Shown here piece by piece: positions 10,812 to 19,101 of a stretch of 64,000 nucleotides of DNA. The DNA comes from Prochlorococcus sp. AG-347-I21 (GTDB lineage: Bacteria > Cyanobacteriota > Cyanobacteriia > PCC-6307 > Cyanobiaceae): contig QCBP01000006.1 of NCBI GenBank assembly GCA_003279055.1, positions 4,704 to 68,703 of the forward strand, read 5' to 3'. The position numbers were made by a program, and so were the translations under genes. Positions within the stretch are counted from its first letter, which is position 1; each line of letters begins with the position of its first letter. The notes beneath the pieces are model-generated. The model ran no database searches, was not told the origin of the DNA, and saw only the letters and a program-made list of their open reading frames with translations.

Positions 10812-12047
10812 TTGGAGATCAGTCAAGAAAAAATAAAATACAAAAGAATTTCCAAAAGAAAAAAAACCTTTAGTTCTAATTACAAAAAAAATCTAAGCAA
10901 TTTAACAGAGTATATATTTCCCTTACCTTGGACGATATGGCCTTATGAGGCAAAAATCCTCGTTGTTCTCATAGGAATTTGGTCAATATTAGGAATATGC
11001 ATTCTTGGATCATCAAGTTGGTGGGTGGCTAGTAGGGAAATGGGAAATTGGGCTTACTTCTTAAAAAAACAAATTATTTGGACAATTCCAGGAATTGGTC
11101 TATTTTATTCTGTTCTGAATACAAACATTAGAAATCTTTTAAAGTTTTCAAAAATTATTTTTTTTATTTTATTTTTTCTAATTTTACTAACCAATATTAC
11201 TGGAATTACAGTGAACGGATCTTCAAGATGGCTAGTACTAGGCAATTTACGTCTACAGCCATCTGAATTAATTAAGCCTTTTCTAATTCTAGAAGCTTCT
11301 AACCTTTTCGCTCATTGGAACTTGATTAAGAATGATAAAAAATTAATTTCAATATTATCTTTTGGATTATTAATTTTATTAATACTAAAGCAGCCTAATT
11401 TAAGTACTGCATCATTAACTGGAATTCTTTTTTGGGTAATGGGTTTATGTGGAGGCGTAAAACTAAGTTCTCTCTGCTCATTTGCCTCATTAGGATTTAT
11501 TACTGGATGTATTAGTATCCTCAATAACGAATATCAAAAACTTAGAGTTACTTCATTTATTAATCCTTGGAAAGATCAACAGGAAAGTGGATTTCAATTG
11601 GTTCAAAGTTTATTAGCAATAGGTTCAGGTGGTCTATTCGGTCAAGGTTTTGGTTTGTCTATACAAAAATTACAGTACCTACCTTTTATGTACACAGATT
11701 TTATTTTTGCCATTTTTGCTGAAGAATTTGGTTTGTTAGGGTGTACTCTATTCCTAGGTTTTCTAGCAGTTTTCTCTTATATAACTGTAAGAATTGCTCT
11801 AAAGTGCAGGAACAACTATACAAAATTAGTTTCTATTGGATGTGGTGTATTGTTGATAGGTCAATCAATAATGCATATTGCTGTAGTAACAGGCTCTATG
11901 CCTACTACTGGTTTACCATTACCTTTCATTAGTTATGGTGGGAATTCATTAATCGCATCATTTTTTATTGCAGGGATGTTACTGAGATGTTCATTAGAAT
12001 CTACAGGCTTCATAGGTATGATTAGTACACGAAAGACTCTTAATTAG
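10812..12047 (+). CDS. ftsW: FtsW/RodA/SpoVE family cell-cycle protein
   Basis: Polytopic membrane protein with SEDS-family motifs (PSEL.KP, TDFIF, LP.TG.PLPF.SYGGNS). Start is a TTG in the track, and no in-frame ATG lies nearby. Confidence 0.85.
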   Translation: MEISQEKIKYKRISKRKKTFSSNYKKNLSNLTEYIFPLPWTIWPYEAKILVVLIGIWSILGICILGSSSWWVASREMGNWAYFLKKQIIWTIPGIGLFYSVLNTNIRNLLKFSKIIFFILFFLILLTNITGITVNGSSRWLVLGNLRLQPSELIKPFLILEASNLFAHWNLIKNDKKLISILSFGLLILLILKQPNLSTASLTGILFWVMGLCGGVKLSSLCSFASLGFITGCISILNNEYQKLRVTSFINPWKDQQESGFQLVQSLLAIGSGGLFGQGFGLSIQKLQYLPFMYTDFIFAIFAEEFGLLGCTLFLGFLAVFSYITVRIALKCRNNYTKLVSIGCGVLLIGQSIMHIAVVTGSMPTTGLPLPFISYGGNSLIASFFIAGMLLRCSLESTGFIGMISTRKTLN

Positions 12048-12129
12048 TTAGAATTTATAAGATTTAAGTCAAACTATCGAATCATTTAATTTAGTTATTT
12101 CAGAATTATCTCAAAAGGGTAATCTTCTT

Positions 12130-12786
12130 ATGCAGAGTGGCCTTGATAACCCTGGACCATTTACTATATTTTTGGTTTTCAGCGCAGGACTTTTAACAAG
12201 TCTTGGCCCATGCTCATTATCATTACTACCAATCACTATTGCTTATATAGGAGGAACAGAGAAAAATAAATTTAAACTTATTAGTTTTTCAGGAGGAGTC
12301 GTTTTTTCACTCGTTGCGCTTGGTGCTGCCAGTGGATTCTTAGGTAGGATATATGGGCAAATCCCTTCTTTTTACACTTCGATTGTTGCCTTGATAGCAA
12401 TAATAATGGGTTTAAATTTGCTAGGTATTCTAAAGTTTCAGTTCCCGAATGGGCCTGATATAAAAATAATTGAAGATAAAATACCAACATTTATAGCACC
12501 TTTTGCTATCGGGGGAACTTTTGGACTAGCTTCTTCACCTTGCATTACTCCTGTTTTAGCAACTCTTCTAGCTTGGGTATCGCAAGCTAAAAATCCAACA
12601 ATATCTATTATTTTTTTATTTTTCTTTGGGATAGGCCAAGTAACCCCATTAATCGTTGCAGGAGCTACTGCAGAAAACTTAAAACAATTTTTAGCGCTTA
12701 GAAAATTTAGTCAAATAATTCCAACTTTAAGTGGGATATTTTTAGTTTCCCTAGGGTTATTAAATTTATTATCAAATTGGATTTGA
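12130..12786 (+). CDS. ccdA: cytochrome c biogenesis thiol-disulfide transporter CcdA
   Basis: Six-TM DsbD-core-like protein with two conserved Cys (LGPCSL and SSPCITP). Immediately followed by ccs1 (TGAATG junction). Confidence 0.9.
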   Translation: MQSGLDNPGPFTIFLVFSAGLLTSLGPCSLSLLPITIAYIGGTEKNKFKLISFSGGVVFSLVALGAASGFLGRIYGQIPSFYTSIVALIAIIMGLNLLGILKFQFPNGPDIKIIEDKIPTFIAPFAIGGTFGLASSPCITPVLATLLAWVSQAKNPTISIIFLFFFGIGQVTPLIVAGATAENLKQFLALRKFSQIIPTLSGIFLVSLGLLNLLSNWI

Positions 12787-14073
12787 ATGATTATTTTTAA
12801 GAATCTAATATTAAAAATATCAAGTTTAAGATTCGCCATATCACTGATAATTCTCATAGCTATTACAAGCGGCATAGGGACTTTTATACCTCAAGGTAGT
12901 AGCAATAAATTTTATATTGATAATTTCGATAGCGCTCCCATTTTTGGAATTTTAGATGGAGAAAAAGTCTTAAAACTTCAATTGGATCACATATATACAA
13001 GCTTTTGGTTTTTATTTGCTTTAATTCTTCTTTGCATTTCTCTAGCAGCTTGTAGTTTCAGGAGGCAAATCCCTTCATTAAAAGCTTCATTAAAATGGAT
13101 TGAATACAACAGCGAAAAAAAATTTAGCAAACTGCAACTAACTACAAGTCATCCAATCAATCAAGATGGAGAACATATATCAAAATTAGATTTATTACTT
13201 AAAAAAAGAGGATGGAAAACATACAGATTTAAAAGTCATATTTCTGCAAGAAGGGGTTTAATTGGAAAAATCGGTCCTTTAGTTGTACATATCGGATTAA
13301 TAGTCTTACTTATTGGTTCAGCGTATGGAAGTTTTACAAGTCAAACAAAAGAACAATATTTACTGCCTGGAGAAAGTTTGGATCTTGTTAATGAGAGCAC
13401 AAATTCAAAAGCCAATGTAAAATTAGTGGATTTTTCTATAGAACGAGAAAGTGATGGTGTACCCAAACAGTTCATTTCAAAATTAAATTTTTCTTCTGAA
13501 GATCTAAATCTAAATGAAATAAAAACCACCAAAGTTAATCACCCAATAAGGTTTAAAGGATTAACTATTTATCAAGCAGATTGGGCAATATCAAATGTTG
13601 TTTTGGAAATAGATAATATCCTTTATCAATTACAATTAAAGGAAATTCCCGAAATCGGCAATCAAGTTTGGGGAGTTTTAGTTGAATTAGGATCAGAAAC
13701 TAAAAAAAATTTCCTTTTAACAATAGATAATGAAAATGGTCCACTTAAAATTTCCAATACAGAAAATTTTTCCGGGAATAATCTTTATATCAATGACAAT
13801 CCTTTAGAAATTAACTCTTCAAAAGTATCTCTGCAAAAAATAATCCCCAGCAGTGGGTTAATAATTAAAAATGATCCGTCTATACCGTTTATTTACTTTT
13901 CTTTTATTTTAATAATTTTTGGAACAATAATAAGTCTTATACCAACAAACCAATTATGGATTCTTGTAAATAACGAATCACAAAAGCTATTCATTGGAGG
14001 TCTTAGCAATAAAAATCTAGTTGGTTTTAAAAAAGAATTTTATAAATTATCAGAGGAAATAAAACATTTTTAA
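12787..14073 (+). CDS. ccs1: cytochrome c biogenesis protein Ccs1/CcsB (ResB family)
   Basis: N-terminal TM helices, a large soluble loop and a C-terminal TM helix. 428 aa. Genetic linkage to ccdA. Confidence 0.85.
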   Translation: MIIFKNLILKISSLRFAISLIILIAITSGIGTFIPQGSSNKFYIDNFDSAPIFGILDGEKVLKLQLDHIYTSFWFLFALILLCISLAACSFRRQIPSLKASLKWIEYNSEKKFSKLQLTTSHPINQDGEHISKLDLLLKKRGWKTYRFKSHISARRGLIGKIGPLVVHIGLIVLLIGSAYGSFTSQTKEQYLLPGESLDLVNESTNSKANVKLVDFSIERESDGVPKQFISKLNFSSEDLNLNEIKTTKVNHPIRFKGLTIYQADWAISNVVLEIDNILYQLQLKEIPEIGNQVWGVLVELGSETKKNFLLTIDNENGPLKISNTENFSGNNLYINDNPLEINSSKVSLQKIIPSSGLIIKNDPSIPFIYFSFILIIFGTIISLIPTNQLWILVNNESQKLFIGGLSNKNLVGFKKEFYKLSEEIKHF

Positions 14074-14480
14074 ATTTTTTTCTGTCCGTTAAAAATATCT
14101 AACTGCATAGAAACATTCCCTCTAGGGTTAAATGCAGCATTTAAATGTATCCAGTGAGGAGAGCCCTCATTCACTAAATCATCCATAATTCTATTAACAA
14201 CTTCCTCATGTGAAATCTTTATATCTCTAAAATTGTTAATATAAAGTTTTAAAGACTTCAACTCATAGACTCTCAAATTAGGTTGATAAATAATATTTAG
14301 CTTGGCAAAATCTGGATAACCAGAAAAAGGGCACTTACATGTAAATTCAGGTAACTGAATAGAAATTTCATAAATTCTTTTCTTATTTGGATTATCGAAA
14401 CAAATTATTTTTGATTCTTCAATAATTCTTTCACCATAAAGTGGTCTTTGCGTCGAATCACTTAATTTATTTGTACTCAT
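14070..14480 (-). CDS. queF: NADPH-dependent 7-cyano-7-deazaguanine (preQ0) reductase
   Basis: Type-I QueF signature E(L)KSLKLY and catalytic Cys context ([11 protein letters not shown]). 136 aa. Confidence 0.9.
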   Translation of the reverse strand: MSTNKLSDSTQRPLYGERIIEESKIICFDNPNKKRIYEISIQLPEFTCKCPFSGYPDFAKLNIIYQPNLRVYELKSLKLYINNFRDIKISHEEVVNRIMDDLVNEGSPHWIHLNAAFNPRGNVSMQLDIFNGQKKI

Positions 14481-14592
14481 TTTTAGTAGAACTTATTTAC
14501 TAAACCTATATAAAAAGATAAAAATCTGCAAAAATCTAAACAAGCTTAATTATTACAATTGAATGAATCAAAAGCTGTTAAATCTTATTTTT

Positions 14593-14606
14593 GTATCATA
14601 TATAAC
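14593..14606 (+). promoter_or_regulatory. NtcA-box-like sequence GTA-N8-AAC upstream of the 81-aa ORF and glnB
   Basis: GTATCATATATAAC is one mismatch from GTAN8TAC. A TTATAT -10-like hexamer begins 23 nt downstream (14630). Confidence 0.25.
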
Positions 14607-14658
14607 ATTCATAATGTCGGTTAAAAGGGTTATATGTGTTTAGTCTAATGAAAAATTA

Positions 14659-14904
14659 ATGGACATTTGTTTGATAACTATCGATAAGAATTTAAATAAA
14701 TCTCTTCAACCAAAAAGCGCAATTGGAATGTTATGGCTTCAAACGCACTTTGAGAATAGTCAGTGGGAAGCGTTATCAAATAGTACAGTAATAATTTCTG
14801 AAAAAAATTCCCAATTATTAATTGAAGACGCCACTAATGCAGGTCTAGATATCAAATGTTTTTCTGATATTTCAATGCTGGATGTTTTCCCAAAAAACAA
14901 CTAA
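14659..14904 (+). CDS. hypothetical protein (81 aa) directly upstream of glnB
   Basis: Non-repetitive, protein-like composition with three Trp and acidic patches. Same orientation as glnB, 24 nt upstream of its start. No motif recognised. Confidence 0.45.
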   Translation: MDICLITIDKNLNKSLQPKSAIGMLWLQTHFENSQWEALSNSTVIISEKNSQLLIEDATNAGLDIKCFSDISMLDVFPKNN

Positions 14905-15267
<363 letters not shown>

Positions 15268-15268
15268 T

Positions 15269-16081
15269 TCAAAGAGTTTCTTTTACTAGATTTTGTATAT
15301 ATTCACTATTAATCCTTTTATTTGATTGACCTCCTAAGGTCATCCAAGCTAAATATTCATGATTTCCAGCGGGACCTACTAGTGGAGAAGCTATCAAATT
15401 CTTTATATTCCATTGGAAATTCTTAGCGGCATAAATAACAGACTCAATAGCCTCAGTATGGAATTTAGGATTGCGAACAACACCTCCTTTACTGACTTTA
15501 TCTTTACCCACCTCAAATTGGGGTTTAATTAAAAATATCCCCTCAATACAATCACCTTCTAATAAATTACCAATAGATTTAAAAACTAACTTTAATGAAA
15601 TAAAAGACAAATCAGCAACCACAAAATTTGGTAGTTCATTACTTCTAGATAAAAGATCATTAGGTTTTAAATTTCGAATATTAGTTCGTTCAAAAAGTAT
15701 GACTTTTGGGTTATTTCTAATCTTCCATGCAGTCTGTCCATAACCAACATCTATCCCATAAACTAACCTTGCTCCTTTTTGCAATAAGCAATCAGTAAAT
15801 CCCCCAGTAGAAATTCCTGCGTCAATACATATCTTATCTTTTACTTTAATTTCAAGTTTTTTAAATGCCTCTAATAATTTTTCGCCTCCCCTTGATACAA
15901 ACATAGGTTCGGAATCAATAAAAAATTCAGATCCAATTAATACTTGTTGGCCAGGTTTATCCCATATTTTTCCATTGATATCTCTAACCTTGCCCGCAAG
16001 AATTAAAGCTTGAGCTTTTTGACGTGTTTCACATAAACCTTTATTTAATAGATAAAGATCTAATCTACTTTTTTTAATCAT
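15269..16081 (-). CDS. tlyA: TlyA-family rRNA 2'-O-methyltransferase (hemolysin A-like)
   Basis: N-terminal S4-like RNA-binding segment (RLDLYL...G.C.TR.KAQ.LI) followed by an FtsJ-type SAM fold (IDAGISTGGFTDCLL). Confidence 0.8.
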   Translation of the reverse strand: MIKKSRLDLYLLNKGLCETRQKAQALILAGKVRDINGKIWDKPGQQVLIGSEFFIDSEPMFVSRGGEKLLEAFKKLEIKVKDKICIDAGISTGGFTDCLLQKGARLVYGIDVGYGQTAWKIRNNPKVILFERTNIRNLKPNDLLSRSNELPNFVVADLSFISLKLVFKSIGNLLEGDCIEGIFLIKPQFEVGKDKVSKGGVVRNPKFHTEAIESVIYAAKNFQWNIKNLIASPLVGPAGNHEYLAWMTLGGQSNKRINSEYIQNLVKETL

Positions 16082-16362
16082 CTATTAATCAATAAAAAAA
16101 GACTGAATAATGAATTTCTACAAGATTAAGATCCAAATTCTTTAATACCTTCCAATTTTAAATTAGAACTCAAAAATTACCCATTCTTAACGAAAGGAAT
16201 AAATTCAAACATTTTTATATTTAAGAGTTCTTAATTAGTCAGAAAATGTTACACAAGAAAATAATAATCAGTTAAATATGTTCAATGGCAAGTACATCTT
16301 TAAGGTATAGAGCAATAATTCGATTTTGGTTATAAAGTTTAAATTGATAATTAATAAAAATT

Positions 16363-17658
16363 GTGATCGAGCGTTACACATTACCCGAAATGGGGAAAAT
16401 CTGGACTGATAGAGCAAAATTCCAAAGTTGGCTTAAGGTTGAAATAGCTGCATGTGAAGCAAATTTTTCTCTCGGAAAAATTCCTGAGAATTCTATGAAA
16501 GAGATACGTTCAAATGCAAAGTTTGATGAATCTAGAATTACAGAAATTGAAAAAGAAGTTAAACATGATGTCATAGCATTTCTTACAAGCGTTAATGAAT
16601 TTGTAGGAGATTCTGGAAGATACATACATGTTGGTATGACCAGCAGTGATGTACTGGATACTGGCTTGTCTCTTCAATTAAAAGATTCTTGCGCATTGTT
16701 ATTAAAAGAAATTGAGAACCTAGAAAATGTAGTCAGAGTATTAGCAAGGAAGCATAAAAATACACTAATGATTGGCAGATCTCATGCAATTCATGGGGAG
16801 CCAATTTCCTTCGGTTTTAAACTTGCTGGATGGTTAGCAGAAATAATAAGGAACAAAAAAAGATTGTTAACACTTAAAGAATCTGTAGCAATTGGACAAA
16901 TAAGTGGTGCAATGGGAACTTACGCTAATACGAATCCCAAAGTAGAACAAATAACTTGTGATTTACTCGGCTTAAAACCAGATACAGCGAGTACACAGGT
17001 TATATCAAGAGACAGACATGCAGAATATGTTCAAACTATTGCACTAGTTGGCGCTTCCCTAGATAGATTCGCGACTGAAATAAGAAATTTACAAAGAACT
17101 GACGTTTTAGAAGTTGAGGAGGGCTTTACAAAAGGTCAAAAAGGAAGTTCTGCCATGCCTCATAAAAGAAATCCTATTCGAAGTGAAAGAGTAAGCGGTT
17201 TAGCAAGAATTTTGAGGAGTTACGTCTTAACAGCACTGGAAAATGTTCCACTTTGGCACGAAAGAGATATAAGCCATAGTTCAAATGAACGTATCATGTT
17301 ACCTGACGTATCAATCTGTTTGCATTTTATGCTCAGGGAAATGAAAGATATAGTAAGCAATTTGGAAGTTTATCCAAAAAATATGCTCAAAAATTTAAAT
17401 ATATATGGTGGTGTAATCTTTAGTCAGAAAGTTTTACTTTTGCTTGTAAAGAAAGGCTTGTCTAGAGAAAAGGCTTATAGCCTAGTACAAAAAAATGCGC
17501 ATCAGGCTTGGAATACTCAGAATGGGAATTTCAAACAAAATATAGAGAGAGATAATGAAATAATGAAGTTTATTGATCAAAGTGACTTAGAAGAATGTTT
17601 TAATCCTTCAATTCATCTCAATAATTTAAGTGTAATATGGGAGAAGTTAGGTATCTAG
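16363..17658 (+). CDS. purB: adenylosuccinate lyase
   Basis: GTG start giving MIERYTLPEM, typical of PurB. Fumarate-lyase signature GSSAMPHKRNP. Confidence 0.95.
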   Translation: MIERYTLPEMGKIWTDRAKFQSWLKVEIAACEANFSLGKIPENSMKEIRSNAKFDESRITEIEKEVKHDVIAFLTSVNEFVGDSGRYIHVGMTSSDVLDTGLSLQLKDSCALLLKEIENLENVVRVLARKHKNTLMIGRSHAIHGEPISFGFKLAGWLAEIIRNKKRLLTLKESVAIGQISGAMGTYANTNPKVEQITCDLLGLKPDTASTQVISRDRHAEYVQTIALVGASLDRFATEIRNLQRTDVLEVEEGFTKGQKGSSAMPHKRNPIRSERVSGLARILRSYVLTALENVPLWHERDISHSSNERIMLPDVSICLHFMLREMKDIVSNLEVYPKNMLKNLNIYGGVIFSQKVLLLLVKKGLSREKAYSLVQKNAHQAWNTQNGNFKQNIERDNEIMKFIDQSDLEECFNPSIHLNNLSVIWEKLGI

Positions 17659-17706
17659 GATTACTGAAAATCTTATCTAAGATCAACCAGTGTTTTCAGA
17701 GAAATA

Positions 17707-19092
17707 ATGACAAAAAACTTTAGGATAGAAAAAGATAGTATGGGAACAATAAAGGTTCCCATTAAAGCTTTGTGGGGAGCTCAAACACAAAGATCGATAA
17801 TAAATTTTTCTATTGGAGAAGAATTAATTCCAATTGAGTTAATTTATTCACTCACCCTCATAAAAAAAGCTGCTTCAATTGCAAATTTCAATTTAGGGTT
17901 AATAGATAAAAGAAAAAAAGATTTGATTGTAGAGGCATGTACAGAAATACTTGATGGGCTTCATGATTCACAGTTTCCCTTAAAGGTTTGGCAAACAGGT
18001 AGTGGGACTCAAACAAATATGAATGTTAATGAGGTAATTTCAAATATTGCAGCATTAAAAACAAATTCAGAGCTTGGCAGTCATCAACCAATCCATCCGA
18101 ATGATGATGTTAATAAATCTCAGTCAACTAATGATACTTTTCCTGCTGCTATACAAATATCTGTAGTTAATGAAATAATCAAAAATTTAGTTCCAACGAT
18201 CAGAGAACTTACGAAGATCCTCGATAAAAAAAGTGAAAAATGGAAAGACCTTATAAAAATAGGAAGGACACATTTTCAAGATGCAGTGCCCCTTACTTTT
18301 GGGCAAGAATTATCAGGATGGTCAGAGCAACTTAAAGATGCTGAGAATGCAATTATTATGAGTCTGAATGAATTGTATTTCTTACCTCTGGGAGGAACTG
18401 CAGTTGGAACAGGGATTAATTGTCCAGAAGGATTTTGTGAAAAGTCTATAAAATCAATTTCCGATGATACTAATCTAATGTTCTATCAATCAAAAAATAA
18501 TTTCTCTATTATGGCCTCGCATGATCGTCTAGCTCAAGTAATGAGCCAGATAAAAATATTAGCAGGTGCATTATTTAAAATTTCAAATGATATAAAAATC
18601 CTATCTTCTGGTCCAAGATCAGGAATATATGAATTAATTATCCCTCAAAATGAACCGGGAAGTTCTATCATGCCTGGCAAAGTGAATCCGACTCAATGCG
18701 AAGCATTATCAATGGTTTGCACTCAGATAATGGGACTTGAATATGCAGTTTCAATGGCAAATTCAAGCGGCACTCTACAGATGAATGAATATAAGCCTCT
18801 TATTGGATTTAATATTATTACAAGTTTAAAATTACTTAAAAATGCAATAGAAAACTTCAGAAAAAAATTAGTTGATGGGATGGAACCTAATCACAAGATA
18901 ATGAAGTTAAATTTAGAAAATTCACTAATGTTAGTTACAGCCATAGTGCCAAAAGTTGGTTATGAAAAAGCAGCTGAAATTGCAAATCTTGCCTTCAAAG
19001 AATCATTAAATTTAAAAGAGGCAACACTTAAATTAGGTTATTTAAATGAAGATGAATTTGATGCAGCAATGAATATTAATTCAATGATTTGA
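17707..19092 (+). CDS. fumC: class II fumarate hydratase
   Basis: Signature GSSIMPGKVNP, the QTGSGTQTNMN motif, 461 aa. Confidence 0.95.
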   Translation: MTKNFRIEKDSMGTIKVPIKALWGAQTQRSIINFSIGEELIPIELIYSLTLIKKAASIANFNLGLIDKRKKDLIVEACTEILDGLHDSQFPLKVWQTGSGTQTNMNVNEVISNIAALKTNSELGSHQPIHPNDDVNKSQSTNDTFPAAIQISVVNEIIKNLVPTIRELTKILDKKSEKWKDLIKIGRTHFQDAVPLTFGQELSGWSEQLKDAENAIIMSLNELYFLPLGGTAVGTGINCPEGFCEKSIKSISDDTNLMFYQSKNNFSIMASHDRLAQVMSQIKILAGALFKISNDIKILSSGPRSGIYELIIPQNEPGSSIMPGKVNPTQCEALSMVCTQIMGLEYAVSMANSSGTLQMNEYKPLIGFNIITSLKLLKNAIENFRKKLVDGMEPNHKIMKLNLENSLMLVTAIVPKVGYEKAAEIANLAFKESLNLKEATLKLGYLNEDEFDAAMNINSMI

Positions 19093-19101
19093 TTAAAAAA
19101 T

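Noticed and set aside
10812-10814. Cluster of non-ATG starts in the ORF track as a biological signal (TTG for ftsW, the helicase, the J-domain protein and rimP; GTG for purB and ylxR)
   Set aside because: Most are probably a consequence of longest-ORF calling. Only purB (GTG) and the helicase (TTG) are forced by the absence of alternative starts, so this is not treated as a separate finding.
14481-14560. Possible preQ1 riboswitch upstream of queF
   Set aside because: The minus-strand leader lacks the conserved preQ1-I core (a short GC stem followed by an A-rich tail ending in CUA/GG) as I remember it, and no stable hairpin is evident.
14563-14643. 26-codon hydrophobic ORF (MNQKLLNLIFVSYITFIMSVKRVICV) in the queF/glnB spacer
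   Set aside because: It is very short, overlaps the candidate promoter elements, and its composition is what AT-rich DNA yields by chance. There is no supporting signal.
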